Shown here piece by piece: positions 52,818-63,317 of a stretch of 64,000 nucleotides of DNA. The position numbers and the translations under genes were made by a program. A model generated the notes under the pieces. The model worked only from the letters and a program-made list of their open reading frames with translations. It was not told the origin of the DNA and made no database searches. How positions within the stretch are numbered: the first letter of the stretch is position 1; each line of letters starts with the position of its first letter. Origin of the DNA: Patescibacteria group bacterium UBA926 (GTDB lineage: Bacteria > Patescibacteriota > Doudnabacteria > UBA920); assembly GCA_002293685.1 (NCBI GenBank), contig DBDS01000006.1, positions 108,867 to 172,866 of the forward strand, in the 5' to 3' direction.

Positions 52818-54965
52818 ATGAAAAAACGTTCACTTAAAATTTTATTACATCACAATATTGAAGATTCGGTTGATGTAGCTGGTCAAAAGTCTAAGCACAA
52901 ATTCTGGAAAAGGATGATTTTTGGATTACTTAACTTTTTCACAAAGTTTAGCTATCTTATCGGTTTAACAATTTTTGGGATTATATCATTTCCACTAACT
53001 ATAAAGAAATTGGTTTTTTCCAAAGACGAACTTTTTATAATCCAAAAAAAGAAATTAGCAATTTTTGCTCTAATATTATTATTTGCAGCAACTCCAGTGT
53101 TCATGCTTTCAGTAGCTTCTGAAGGATGGAAATTAGGTGGTCGAGTTCTTGGGGTCAGTGATGAAGCTCTTTCAGACATCACGCTAGCACGACAAGCAAT
53201 TTCAAATGAAGACTATGAACTAGCTCAAGTAAGTTTTGCTGGGGCTTTAGAAAAGCTTGTTTTAGTCCAAAACGAGCTCAACTCATCTAGTACTAGCATT
53301 AGAGCAGCTAGTAGTTTTGCACCAGCTAGTTTAAACACAGATAATTTTTTACGCTCCGCAACACTTTTAACTGAAAGTGGGATATTGGCATCTCGTCTGA
53401 TGGCTGAGGTATCAAATTTAACTTTCACTCCTCAAGGAATTAGCTCAAAAAACCAGGATACAAAAGTAGCGATTTCAAAACTAACAGAGACTAGTCTTGA
53501 ATTGAATTCAAAATTACACGAAGCTGAACGATTACTTAAACCAATTAATACAAGTTTATTCCCAGCCGAGTATCAACTTGCAATTAATACTACAAAGGAT
53601 TTATTGTCCGAAACTATAATTCAAAGCTCACAGTTGTCAGATATGTTAGTACTACTAAACGATTTTACTATCGGGACAAAGTCTTTCTTGGTAGTTTTGC
53701 AAAATAATAATGAACTTAGAGCGACTGGTGGTTTTATTGGTACAATTGCCCAGGGTAGAATTTCTGATGGTGTTATAAACAATCTAGATATCAGAAGCGT
53801 TTACGATTTAGATGGACAGATTTTAGATTGGATTAAACCACCAAGTCCACTGCAAGCAGTGAATAGCAGAATGTTTTTAAGGGACAGTAATTGGTTTGCT
53901 AGTTTTCCAGAATCAGCAGAGCGTTTGTCTATAATGTACGAAAAGAGTGGGGGAGAAACTCCGGATTTAATCATGGCATTTACCCCTGAATTATTTTTAG
54001 ATTTTCTTAGGTTGACTGGTCCGATTGAGTTACCAACTTACAATGTAATAATCACTGCTGAAAATTTTATTGAACAAACCCAAACAACAACATCAATTTC
54101 ATACGATAAAAACTTAAATCAACCTAAACAATTATTGGCAGATTTATACCCAGCCTTAATGCAAAGACTTGGCGAACTAACAAAGAACGATCCTTTGTTG
54201 TTTATTTCAATCCTTCAAAAAAGTCTGTCTGATAAGAATATTTTGCTTTATTCACGAAACAGTTCTTTACAATCAAGATTTGAGCAATACAACTGGGCTG
54301 GAAAAGTCTTGGAATCAGATGGAGACTACTTACAAATAATTAGTTCAAATCTCTCTGGGAGTAAAACTGATAGGGATCTAAATCGATCAGCAATACTATC
54401 AACTACAATAGACGAAGATGGAAATGTGTTGAATCAACTAACCTATACAATCAATAATCCACTTCCTGCTGTGGAAGGATTAACCAATCGAAGTTGGATT
54501 AGAATCATGGTTCCTCAAAATAGCAAACTCTTAGGTTCAAGTGGATTTACTAATTTCACTCCAGAAAATTTGCCTACTGACAAGCTATATAATGAAAGTC
54601 CGGCGATTAGTGCTTGGGAGTCTGAACTAAAATTTGATCAGTCAAACCAGATATATATTGGCAAGGAAGCTGGAAAGCAATATTTTGCGAATTGGCTAGA
54701 AGTTCCTGGTGGAGAAACTAGAACTATATCAGTTACGTATCAACTACCAAAAAAGCTGTCCGGAAAAATTAGTAATTACCGTTTGCTTTGGCAAAAGCAA
54801 AGTGGCATGCTCCCATTTCCAGTCGAACAGAGATTTAAATTTGAATCTCGTATCCCAAAATGGAGTAATTTTGAATTGCGTAGCTCAAATGATTCATCCT
54901 ATCAATGGCTCTGGCAGTCACAACTTACTACTGATAAATTTACTGGTGTAGTGCTTACAAAATAA
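52818..54965 (+). CDS. DUF4012-domain membrane protein
   Basis: LQNNNELRATGGFIG, RDSNWF, WQKQSG. Confidence 0.8.
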   Translation: MKKRSLKILLHHNIEDSVDVAGQKSKHKFWKRMIFGLLNFFTKFSYLIGLTIFGIISFPLTIKKLVFSKDELFIIQKKKLAIFALILLFAATPVFMLSVASEGWKLGGRVLGVSDEALSDITLARQAISNEDYELAQVSFAGALEKLVLVQNELNSSSTSIRAASSFAPASLNTDNFLRSATLLTESGILASRLMAEVSNLTFTPQGISSKNQDTKVAISKLTETSLELNSKLHEAERLLKPINTSLFPAEYQLAINTTKDLLSETIIQSSQLSDMLVLLNDFTIGTKSFLVVLQNNNELRATGGFIGTIAQGRISDGVINNLDIRSVYDLDGQILDWIKPPSPLQAVNSRMFLRDSNWFASFPESAERLSIMYEKSGGETPDLIMAFTPELFLDFLRLTGPIELPTYNVIITAENFIEQTQTTTSISYDKNLNQPKQLLADLYPALMQRLGELTKNDPLLFISILQKSLSDKNILLYSRNSSLQSRFEQYNWAGKVLESDGDYLQIISSNLSGSKTDRDLNRSAILSTTIDEDGNVLNQLTYTINNPLPAVEGLTNRSWIRIMVPQNSKLLGSSGFTNFTPENLPTDKLYNESPAISAWESELKFDQSNQIYIGKEAGKQYFANWLEVPGGETRTISVTYQLPKKLSGKISNYRLLWQKQSGMLPFPVEQRFKFESRIPKWSNFELRSSNDSSYQWLWQSQLTTDKFTGVVLTK

Positions 54966-54966
54966 T

Positions 54967-56598
54967 ATGACAAAACTCTTTAAGTTTTTTAATAAAGTTG
55001 AACAAAATTTTCATTTAGGCAAAGCAACTGCAATTATTGCTATTTTGACTTTAGTCTCTAGACTAATGGGTTTTGTGCGTGACTTATTTCTAGCCAGCCA
55101 ACTCGGAGCAAATATTCAGACTGATATTTATTTCACAGCCTTCCGAATCCCAGATTTAATCTATAACTTGTTGATCTTAGGAACTCTAAGTGCTGCTTTC
55201 ATTCCTGTTTTCACAGACTATTACCTTAAAAATAAAACTGAAGCATGGAAAATTGCTAACAGTGTACTAAATTTAGGAATTATTTTAGTTGGTGGGTTAT
55301 CAGTAATTATCTTTATTTTTGCCAAACCATTAGTTTCTATTGTAGCCCCTGGATTTAATGAAGCAGCTCTTGACCAAACCGCTTCGCTTACACGAATATT
55401 CTTACTTTCACCAATTATTTTTACGATCTCTAGTGTATTTTCCAGTACATTAATTTCATTCAAGAAATTTATTTGGGTTAATACCGCACCTCTCTTTTAC
55501 AATGCAGGTATCATAATTGGCATTATTTTCTTTTGGCCAATGTGGGGATTAACAGGAGTTGCGCTAGGAGTAATTTTAGGTGCAATTCTTCACGCTTTAA
55601 TTCAACTACCCCAACTAATTGGTCTTGGATTTCAGTGGCGCCCTATAATTGCTTGGAAAAATACTGGCGTAAAAAAAGTAGTTAGCCTATTTCTACCAAG
55701 AGTCCTTGGGTTAGATATATCTTATGTTAACTTAATTATCGTCTCAATTGTAGGATCAACTTTAGTTAGTGGAACAATTTCAGCTTTTAACTTCGCCAAC
55801 AACATCCAAAGCGTTCCTCTTGGAATTTTTGCTATTTCGACTACATTAGCTGTCTTTCCTGTATTGTCAGAAGAGTATGCTAAAAAACAGTATAATTCAT
55901 TTATAAATACTTTTAACAGAGCTTTTGTTAGAATATTATTTTTTATTTTACCCCTTTCAATCTTGATGTTACTGCTTCGAGCTCATGTTGTTCGATTGCT
56001 TTTAGGATATGGTGCCTGTGACTGGACCTGTACAATTACAACCTTTGACGCGCTCGGTTTACTTAGCATAAGTTTAGTAGCACAAAGTTTAGTACCACTG
56101 CTGTCGAGAGCATTTTATGCTAGACAAAATACAAAAATTCCACTGTTTATCAGTCTAGCTGCTATGGCAATCAACGGGATACTATCATGGCAATTAGCTT
56201 ATGGGCTAGGGATTATCGGTATCGCTTTGGGCTTCGTGATTGCGTCTGCATTCCAATTAATTTTACTAATGATCTATCTACACAAAGAAATTCAATATGA
56301 TTTGAAAAGTAATAAAATTATCCGAGAAAGTGATTACTACATTGTGTCTTCGAGTACAAAAATTATGATCTCTGCAATGGTTTCAGGATTAGTTGCGTAC
56401 GGTTTACTATATGGAATCGCATTATTTGTAAACACGCACACTGTTCTCGGTATTTTAATCCAAGCAGGTTTTGCTGGGATGGCTGCAGTTTTTGTCTATC
56501 TAATTCTTACAATGTGGTTTCATATTCCAGAAGCTATCAGCATTAAATCCGCGCTTAGCCGAACAACAAAATTCTTCAATGTCAGCAGCGTTCAATAG
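54967..56598 (+). CDS. murJ: Lipid II flippase MurJ
   Basis: SRLMGFVRD, AFRIPD, SAAFIPVF, RAFYARQNTKIP. Confidence 0.93.
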   Translation: MTKLFKFFNKVEQNFHLGKATAIIAILTLVSRLMGFVRDLFLASQLGANIQTDIYFTAFRIPDLIYNLLILGTLSAAFIPVFTDYYLKNKTEAWKIANSVLNLGIILVGGLSVIIFIFAKPLVSIVAPGFNEAALDQTASLTRIFLLSPIIFTISSVFSSTLISFKKFIWVNTAPLFYNAGIIIGIIFFWPMWGLTGVALGVILGAILHALIQLPQLIGLGFQWRPIIAWKNTGVKKVVSLFLPRVLGLDISYVNLIIVSIVGSTLVSGTISAFNFANNIQSVPLGIFAISTTLAVFPVLSEEYAKKQYNSFINTFNRAFVRILFFILPLSILMLLLRAHVVRLLLGYGACDWTCTITTFDALGLLSISLVAQSLVPLLSRAFYARQNTKIPLFISLAAMAINGILSWQLAYGLGIIGIALGFVIASAFQLILLMIYLHKEIQYDLKSNKIIRESDYYIVSSSTKIMISAMVSGLVAYGLLYGIALFVNTHTVLGILIQAGFAGMAAVFVYLILTMWFHIPEAISIKSALSRTTKFFNVSSVQ

Positions 56599-56644
56599 CA
56601 CTTAAAATATTGCTATAACGCAGTGTTTTTGCTAACATTAGCCC

Positions 56645-58438
56645 ATGTCTGACCTATCAAAAATTCGAAACTTCTGCATTATTGCTCATATTGACCACGG
56701 AAAATCTACTCTTGCCGACAGACTTCTAGAAGTGACAAATACCGTCAGTGATAGAGATATGAAGGCCCAACTCCTCGACCAGATGGATCTAGAACGGGAA
56801 CGGGGAATAACCATCAAACTTCAGCCTGTTCAAATGAACTATCGGCACAACGGCCAAGAGTTTGTTTTTAATCTTATCGATACACCTGGTCACGTCGATT
56901 TCAGCTACGAAGTATCCCGAAGCCTAGCCGCCTGTGAAGGCGCTCTTTTAGTTGTGGACTCCACACAAGGAATTGAAGCTCAAACTCTAGCCAATGCTTA
57001 CATGGCGATGGAGCATAATCTCACATTAATCCCTGTAATCAACAAAATAGATTTACCAAATAGCGATGCAAGTAAAGTTGCCGAAGAAATGAAATCAGTA
57101 TTTGGTTTCAAAGATGAAGAATTTCTATTCGCATCAGGGAAGACAGGATTAGGCGTGCCAGAAATTTTAGAAGCTGTTGCTGAGCGTGTGCCTGCACCAC
57201 AAGGGGATAGTACTAAACCCCTTCAAGCCTTAATTTTTGATTCTAGTTACGACCCTCATCGCGGCGTAATAAGTTATGTGCGAATTGTTAACGGTGAGCT
57301 AAAAGCTAGGGAAAAAATCCGCATGATGGGGAGTGGAGGAGAAGGAGAAAGTTTAGAAGTAGGTTATTTCAAACCAGTGATGACAAAATCACAAAATATA
57401 CCAACAGGCAGTGTTGGTTATATTGTTACTGGTTTACGCGATGTAGCCAAAGCAAGTGTAGGGGACACCATTACACTGTTTAAGAATAGTGCCGAGGAGC
57501 CATTACCAGGTTACAAACAAGTTCGTCCAATGGTCTACGCAAGCATTTTCCCAGTATCAGGAGACGATTACCCAATGCTTCGTGACGCAATGGAAAAATT
57601 AAAACTCAACGATGCAGCACTCACGTTTGAACCAGAGAATATTCCGAGTATCGGTTTTGGGTTTCGGACTGGTTTTTTGGGCTTGCTCCATATGGATATT
57701 GTTCAAGAACGTTTATCTCGTGAGTACGATTTGGATTTAGTTCTAACTGCTCCAAGCGTGGTTTATGAAATTGAGAAAACAAATGATGAAGTTTTAACTA
57801 TATACAATCCAGCAGGCTGGCCAGATCAGTCCAAAATTAAAGAAGTGAGAGAGCCATGGGCTAAAGCGGCTATTTTAACTCCTAGTTCTTATATTGGCTC
57901 GATCATGGAGATTGTAACCCAAAGACGAGGAATCAACCAAGGAATGGACTATGTGGGTACAGACCGCGTGGAAATGCGCTTCGAAATGCCACTAGCGACT
58001 ATTATTACTGACTTCTATGATAAACTTAAAAGTGTATCCAGTGGTTATGCTTCTTTAAATTATGAAATTGTGGATTTGCGCCCAGGAAATCTAGTTAAAC
58101 TAGACATTTTGGTTGCTGGAGAGCCAGTAGAAGCATTATCTGCAATCGCCCACCGCTCAACTGCTGAAAGCGAGGGGAGAACTTTAGTTTCTAAACTTAA
58201 AGAGTTAATACCAAAACAACAATTTGAAATTGCTATTCAAGCGGCAATCGGAAGCAAAATCATTGCTCGTGAAAGTATTTCTGCTTTACGCAAAGATGTA
58301 ACCACAGGCTTATACGGTGGAGATGTAACTCGAAAAATGAAAGTTCTTAAGAAACAAAAGTTGGGTAAGAAGCGAATGAAAAAAGTTGGTAAAGTAGATA
58401 TCCCACAAGAAGCATTCTTAGCAGTACTTAAAAAATGA
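56645..58438 (+). CDS. lepA: Elongation factor 4
   Basis: IIAHIDHGKSTLADRL, LIDTPGHVDF, GFLGLLHM, QEAFLAVL. Confidence 0.97.
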   Translation: MSDLSKIRNFCIIAHIDHGKSTLADRLLEVTNTVSDRDMKAQLLDQMDLERERGITIKLQPVQMNYRHNGQEFVFNLIDTPGHVDFSYEVSRSLAACEGALLVVDSTQGIEAQTLANAYMAMEHNLTLIPVINKIDLPNSDASKVAEEMKSVFGFKDEEFLFASGKTGLGVPEILEAVAERVPAPQGDSTKPLQALIFDSSYDPHRGVISYVRIVNGELKAREKIRMMGSGGEGESLEVGYFKPVMTKSQNIPTGSVGYIVTGLRDVAKASVGDTITLFKNSAEEPLPGYKQVRPMVYASIFPVSGDDYPMLRDAMEKLKLNDAALTFEPENIPSIGFGFRTGFLGLLHMDIVQERLSREYDLDLVLTAPSVVYEIEKTNDEVLTIYNPAGWPDQSKIKEVREPWAKAAILTPSSYIGSIMEIVTQRRGINQGMDYVGTDRVEMRFEMPLATIITDFYDKLKSVSSGYASLNYEIVDLRPGNLVKLDILVAGEPVEALSAIAHRSTAESEGRTLVSKLKELIPKQQFEIAIQAAIGSKIIARESISALRKDVTTGLYGGDVTRKMKVLKKQKLGKKRMKKVGKVDIPQEAFLAVLKK

Positions 58439-58493
58439 CACGAAGTGTCATCCCGGAAGCTAAAGACTATCCGGAATCTATTCAACAATATAT

Positions 58494-58589
58494 ATGCGAA
58501 ACAGAAAAGCTTTAGAAAGAATTTTGATTGTTGTATCGGTACTAATTATCGCTTCAATGATCGGAACCGCTTTCTTATTTACATTTTAA
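58494..58589 (+). CDS. Small single-TM protein, 31 aa (MRNRKALERILIVVSVLIIASMIGTAFLFTF)
   Basis: Translated by hand; basic N-terminus plus TM; stop 4 nt before the next ATG. Confidence 0.55.
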   Translation: MRNRKALERILIVVSVLIIASMIGTAFLFTF

Positions 58590-58593
58590 AACT

Positions 58594-59151
58594 ATGGGTG
58601 TAAAACTTAGAGAAATGGAGCACGTACGAGCCGTTTACCGTCAAAGTAAATGGGTGTTAATTCATCCTATCTTGGCTAATTTATTTACAGTCGCGTTGCC
58701 TTGGTATTTTATCGTTAGATACGACATTTCTGGTTGGATTACGACTGTATTATGGCTATGGTCAGTGATTGTGTTAGCTCATTTAGCCATTGAATTACTT
58801 CTTTGGTATTTAAATCGTTATGTTGTCACAAATATGAGGCTGATGCATTATGACCAAACTGGGTTATTCAAGAGAACAATTATTGAAACACCCCACGAAA
58901 GAATTCTCAATGTTAGTTTTAAAACCGAAGGTGTTACTTCTGCAATATTCGGATATGGAAATGTAGTTGTGCAAGTTGTTGGACTTATTGACCCCATGGT
59001 CTTAAAAAATGTCTCTAATCCACTAGAAATCAAAGATTATATCTGGGAAATGCACCTCCGAGTTACTGCTAACGATAAAAGTTTTAACAGCCAAGACATT
59101 GAGCATATTCAAGAGCGATTAGGGTATACCAAACAAAATCAGAAAGTTTAG
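58594..59151 (+). CDS. Bacterial PH-domain (bPH_2) membrane protein
   Basis: Two TMs, YVVTNMRL, GLFKR, FGYGNV. Confidence 0.75.
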   Translation: MGVKLREMEHVRAVYRQSKWVLIHPILANLFTVALPWYFIVRYDISGWITTVLWLWSVIVLAHLAIELLLWYLNRYVVTNMRLMHYDQTGLFKRTIIETPHERILNVSFKTEGVTSAIFGYGNVVVQVVGLIDPMVLKNVSNPLEIKDYIWEMHLRVTANDKSFNSQDIEHIQERLGYTKQNQKV

Positions 59152-59153
59152 AT

Positions 59154-59519
59154 ATGAAGTTACCCAAAATTTTTAACTCAAAGCCTTTTTTAGGAATATT
59201 ACTTATTGCTTTGATCTTTGCGGGCGCGATAGAATATAAACAGTACTCAGAAAGAAAAAGTATTGATAACGAAATCGCCGAATTAGAAGCCGAAGAAAGG
59301 CGCTTAACTGAAGCCAATAATCAGTTGCAACAATCAATTGGCTTTTTATCATCTCCAGAGTATCAAGAAAAATTAGCTCGATTACAATTAAATCTTAAAA
59401 AGCCAGATGAGATTGTAGTAAATTTTCCGAAAGAACCTGAAGGCCAGCAAACAGAAGTAGTACAAGTCGATTCAAGATCAAACTTATTCAAATGGTGGGA
59501 ATATATATTTATTAACTAA
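59154..59519 (+). CDS. FtsB/DivIC-like septum formation initiator
   Basis: TM, coiled coil, YQEKLARLQLNLKKPDE. Confidence 0.75.
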   Translation: MKLPKIFNSKPFLGILLIALIFAGAIEYKQYSERKSIDNEIAELEAEERRLTEANNQLQQSIGFLSSPEYQEKLARLQLNLKKPDEIVVNFPKEPEGQQTEVVQVDSRSNLFKWWEYIFIN

Positions 59520-59524
59520 AAACA

Positions 59525-60436
59525 ATGACTTACGAAAATACACAACAAGGAGATTCCGAAAATAAAAAAATCAGAAGTCGCAAATTTATTGCAGCCTTTT
59601 TGATTTTTGATTTGGTAGTTTTAATTTGTTTCTTCACTTGGTTATATACTGGTTCGATTACCAGTGCCAAGGAGTCGATATTTAAAGCAATTCCATTACC
59701 TGTCGCTCTGGTTGAGTCAAAGCATATTAACAGCAAGCAACTCTTTCAACGAGTTCAACTAGCTACTGATTTATTACAGGGAAATACAGAATCGAATGAA
59801 AATCTCCCTGCCGAAGTTCTAGATCAATTAATAGAAGCTCGTAAAACCGAAACTTTAGCCGCAAAGTACAGTATTACTCCAACAGACCAAGAGCTGGACA
59901 TGTCCTACCAAGCAGTGATAAATCAATTACCTGGCCAAAGTGAAGAAGCATTAGCAACAGAACTTAATAAGAACTATGGTATTTCAATTTCAACTTTTAA
60001 AAATGAAGTTCTTAGACAAACCGCGACAAGAGAAAATCTATCTTTGTGGTTTAACTCCCAAGAAAACTTAAATTCAGAATCATATACTAAAGCTCGTGAA
60101 CTACTAAGCAATCTTGATAACGGTTCTGATTTTGAACAAGTCGCTACTCAATACTCTGAAGATATCGGTAGTCAAGCCTTTGCAGGGGATAGTGGCTTTG
60201 TTAATTATTCAGACCTGCTTCCGGAGTTTCAGGTGGTAGTTTCCGAATTAGCTCTTAACGATAATGTATTAGTTGCGAGTCGTTATGGTATCCATATTTT
60301 AAGAATTACTGGGATTGAAGAGAATGAAGCAAATGAAAAAAGTTACAATCTACAACAAATATTTATCACTCCCTCTGATTTTGAAGCTTGGCTACAAACC
60401 GAATTCTCGAATATCAAATCGGTGAAGTTACTCTAA
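59525..60436 (+). CDS. PrsA/SurA-like parvulin PPIase foldase
   Basis: TM, SurA-like N domain, FEQVATQYSED, GDSGF, SRYGIHIL. Confidence 0.8.
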   Translation: MTYENTQQGDSENKKIRSRKFIAAFLIFDLVVLICFFTWLYTGSITSAKESIFKAIPLPVALVESKHINSKQLFQRVQLATDLLQGNTESNENLPAEVLDQLIEARKTETLAAKYSITPTDQELDMSYQAVINQLPGQSEEALATELNKNYGISISTFKNEVLRQTATRENLSLWFNSQENLNSESYTKARELLSNLDNGSDFEQVATQYSEDIGSQAFAGDSGFVNYSDLLPEFQVVVSELALNDNVLVASRYGIHILRITGIEENEANEKSYNLQQIFITPSDFEAWLQTEFSNIKSVKLL

Positions 60437-60486
60437 AAACCAAACTCTGCTTCCTTGAGCAGAGTTTTTTGGTTAAAAACCAAAAG

Positions 60487-60578
60487 TGCCTGCACTTCGT
60501 AGCCTGCTTGCCAACCGAAGCCTTGGCGAAGGCTGGGGCGAAGAATTGCCTGCACTTCGTAGCTTTAGCGAAGAAGTG
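60487..60578. repeat. REP-like palindromic repeat cluster
   Basis: TGCCTGCACTTCGTAGC at 60487-60503 and 60547-60563; internal GCCTTGGCGAAGGC palindrome. Confidence 0.55.
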
Positions 60579-60745
60579 TCAACCCTCGAAAAAATTGGCA
60601 GCCTTGCCAACTTCGCCTTTTTTTGTTAGAATTTTTGCGTTCACCCTGTGAAATTAAGTTATTTTATAAGGGAAAATATCTTAGTCGTTTGCCTCTAGAT
60701 TTTTCAGGTCTGAGTGCACAGACAGGATATTTAACAGGGTAAATT

Positions 60746-61018
60746 ATGGACAAACAAGAAACTAAACTAAATCAGACAGGGGAGAAAAAAGAGCCTAATT
60801 CTAAGCAAATAAATTTTGCGAAAAGTCTATCTCTAGCTCTTCAATTCGCATTCATGATTCTCCTGCCATTGTTAGTATTTGGCGGAATCGGCAAATGGCT
60901 AGAACAACGCTATGACAATAAATTGTGGGTTATGGCTGGGCTACTACTAGCACTAACTACAAGTACAGTCTGGTTTTACAGAAAGATTAACGATCTCTAC
61001 AAAGATTTCATAGACTAA
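60746..61018 (+). CDS. AtpZ/AtpI family protein
   Basis: Two TMs with GGIGKWLE; first gene of the atp operon. Confidence 0.75.
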   Translation: MDKQETKLNQTGEKKEPNSKQINFAKSLSLALQFAFMILLPLLVFGGIGKWLEQRYDNKLWVMAGLLLALTTSTVWFYRKINDLYKDFID

Positions 61019-61872
61019 TGATTGCAGCATTACCACCGTTGGCAGCAGAACCGATTTTTGCGATAGGTCAACTTCCAATTACAAATTCATACATCAACTC
61101 CACTCTAACCATGATTGGGTTTGTGATTTTTGCGTTTTTTATCAACCGCGCTGTAAAAGCTTACAAAAACGGTGCACCTCGTGGACTACTGAATTTCTTT
61201 GAAAGTATCTTGGAAGTTTTGTATCAATATTTTGACACAGTAACTCAAAGCCGCAAGAAAACAATCCAATTCCTACCTTTAGTCGGTACATTATTTTTCT
61301 TCATTTTAGTTTCTAACTGGTTAGGACTTTTTCCAGGCATTGGCAGCATCGGCCGTTACTTAGTGCACGGTGGTGAAATTTTACTTGTTCCACTGTTCCG
61401 TCCTGCGACTACCGATTTGAATATGACAGTTGCGATGGCTCTAATCGCAGTTACAGTTTCACACTTCCTAGGAATATTCGTTATTGGTTTCTTCAAATAC
61501 TTCAACAAGTTCGTTAAAGTAGGGGATTTATGGCATGCGGTAAAGTCTTTCAGCCCGATGGCAATTCTCGTAGCCATCATCGAATTCTTTGTTGGAATTC
61601 TCGAAATCATTTCTGAAGTAGCAAAACTGTTCTCACTATCTTTGCGTTTATTCGGAAATATCTTTGCTGGAGAAGTGTTACTTACTGTTTTGGCAAGCAT
61701 CTTACCATATCTATTACCATTACCGTTCATTGGTTTAGAAATAATCGTGGCTATTGTCCAAGCGACTGTATTTGCTATGCTTACCTTGGTGTATCTAACT
61801 GTAGCGACAACAGAAGTCGCGAGTCACCACAGCGATCACCCAGAAGATTTAGAACCAACACCGACAGTTTAG
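61018..61872 (+). CDS. atpB: ATP synthase subunit a
   Basis: NWLGLFPG, PATTDLN, SLSLRLFGNIFAGE, QATVF. Confidence 0.95.
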   Translation: MIAALPPLAAEPIFAIGQLPITNSYINSTLTMIGFVIFAFFINRAVKAYKNGAPRGLLNFFESILEVLYQYFDTVTQSRKKTIQFLPLVGTLFFFILVSNWLGLFPGIGSIGRYLVHGGEILLVPLFRPATTDLNMTVAMALIAVTVSHFLGIFVIGFFKYFNKFVKVGDLWHAVKSFSPMAILVAIIEFFVGILEIISEVAKLFSLSLRLFGNIFAGEVLLTVLASILPYLLPLPFIGLEIIVAIVQATVFAMLTLVYLTVATTEVASHHSDHPEDLEPTPTV

Positions 61873-61940
61873 GAGTAATCCATCAAGCATTAAACCATTG
61901 ATGCTTGATGTTTCATTCTTAATTAAACGGCAGACTTTAA

Positions 61941-62192
<252 letters not shown>

Positions 62193-62238
62193 TTTGCAAT
62201 TTCAGTCTCGCACGCTGCGAGGCTGGGGGTTGAAAATT

Positions 62239-62844
62239 ATGAATAGTATTATGAAAACATCACTAAAATATATTGCTATCACAGGATTGATGCTCTCTGT
62301 TTTACTTGCACCAAATATTGCTGATGCGGCAAGTACAGTCGTTGATGATCCGAGTCTTATTGGCATGTTCGGTATTAACTGGAAGTTATTCCTAGCTCAG
62401 CTGATTAACTTTGGCATCGTTTTGTTTGTATTGTGGAAGTGGGTTTGGAAACCTGTGACTTCAAACATGGAAGAACGAACCAAAAAAATTGAAGAGTCGC
62501 TTATAAATGCAGATAGAATCACCGAAGAGAAAACTGAGTTTGAAGCATGGAAAGAAACCGAGATGGGCAAAGCAAGACAAGAAGCTACCGCAATAATCAG
62601 TGAAGCGAAGACTCAAGCTGAAACAGTGAAAAATGATATTCTCGAAAAAGCAAAACTAGAACAACAAGCACTACTAGAAAAAGGAGCTCGAGAACTTACT
62701 CAGCAAAAAGAACAAGCTATTGCAGATGCTAAATCAGAACTCGCAGACCTAGTAGTTGGAGCTGCCGAAAAGTTGATTCGCGAAAAAGTAGATAAAAAAG
62801 CAGATCAAAAGTTGATTTCGCAAGCAATGAAGGAGCTCAACTAA
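62239..62844 (+). CDS. atpF: ATP synthase subunit b (with N-terminal extension)
   Basis: GINWKLFLAQLINF...WKPV...EERTKKI; start 62239 or 62251. Confidence 0.9.
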   Translation: MNSIMKTSLKYIAITGLMLSVLLAPNIADAASTVVDDPSLIGMFGINWKLFLAQLINFGIVLFVLWKWVWKPVTSNMEERTKKIEESLINADRITEEKTEFEAWKETEMGKARQEATAIISEAKTQAETVKNDILEKAKLEQQALLEKGARELTQQKEQAIADAKSELADLVVGAAEKLIREKVDKKADQKLISQAMKELN

Positions 62845-63236
62845 TGAAATATACAGTTAAGCAATATGCTCAGAGTTTGTACGATGTGCTCGAAACAACT
62901 AATCCAAAACAGCAAGATATAGTCATAGATAACTTCATAAACATCCTTAGGATCAATAATGATTTAGCCGCTTACGAAAAGATTGTTGCCGAGTACGAAA
63001 AGCTTCTCGACATCAAAGAGAATACCAGCCAAGTTACAATCACCACTGCAACGGATGCAAATATCACACCAGCGCTCCTCAAAGAGTTGAATAAATATTC
63101 CAAGGACAAGATTGAAACCACACAAATCACAGACGAAGAAGTATTGGGCGGAGTAGTCATCCGCGTTGACGATACCCTTATTGATGCCAGTCTCCGGACT
63201 GAACTTAATAATTTAGAATCTAAACTGAAAGACTAA
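62844..63236 (+). CDS. atpH: ATP synthase subunit delta (short form)
   Basis: YAQSL; VLGGVVIRVDDTLIDASL. Confidence 0.85.
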   Translation: MKYTVKQYAQSLYDVLETTNPKQQDIVIDNFINILRINNDLAAYEKIVAEYEKLLDIKENTSQVTITTATDANITPALLKELNKYSKDKIETTQITDEEVLGGVVIRVDDTLIDASLRTELNNLESKLKD

Positions 63237-63242
63237 ACTACT

Positions 63243-63300
63243 GTCGTTCCGAGCGAAGAGAGGAATCTCAAAGCAGATCCTTGCTACCGCTCAGGATGAC
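63243..63300. repeat. REP-like imperfect palindrome between atpH and atpA
   Basis: GTCGTTCCGAGCG...GAATCT / AGATCC...CGCTCAGGATGAC; a half-element-like sequence occurs at 58446-58479. Confidence 0.55.
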
Positions 63301-63317
63301 TTGGAAAAATTACACTT

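Noticed and set aside
60388-60651. 87-aa ORF with repeated CLHFVA
   Set aside because: Translation of the REP-like DNA repeats and a terminator, not a credible gene.
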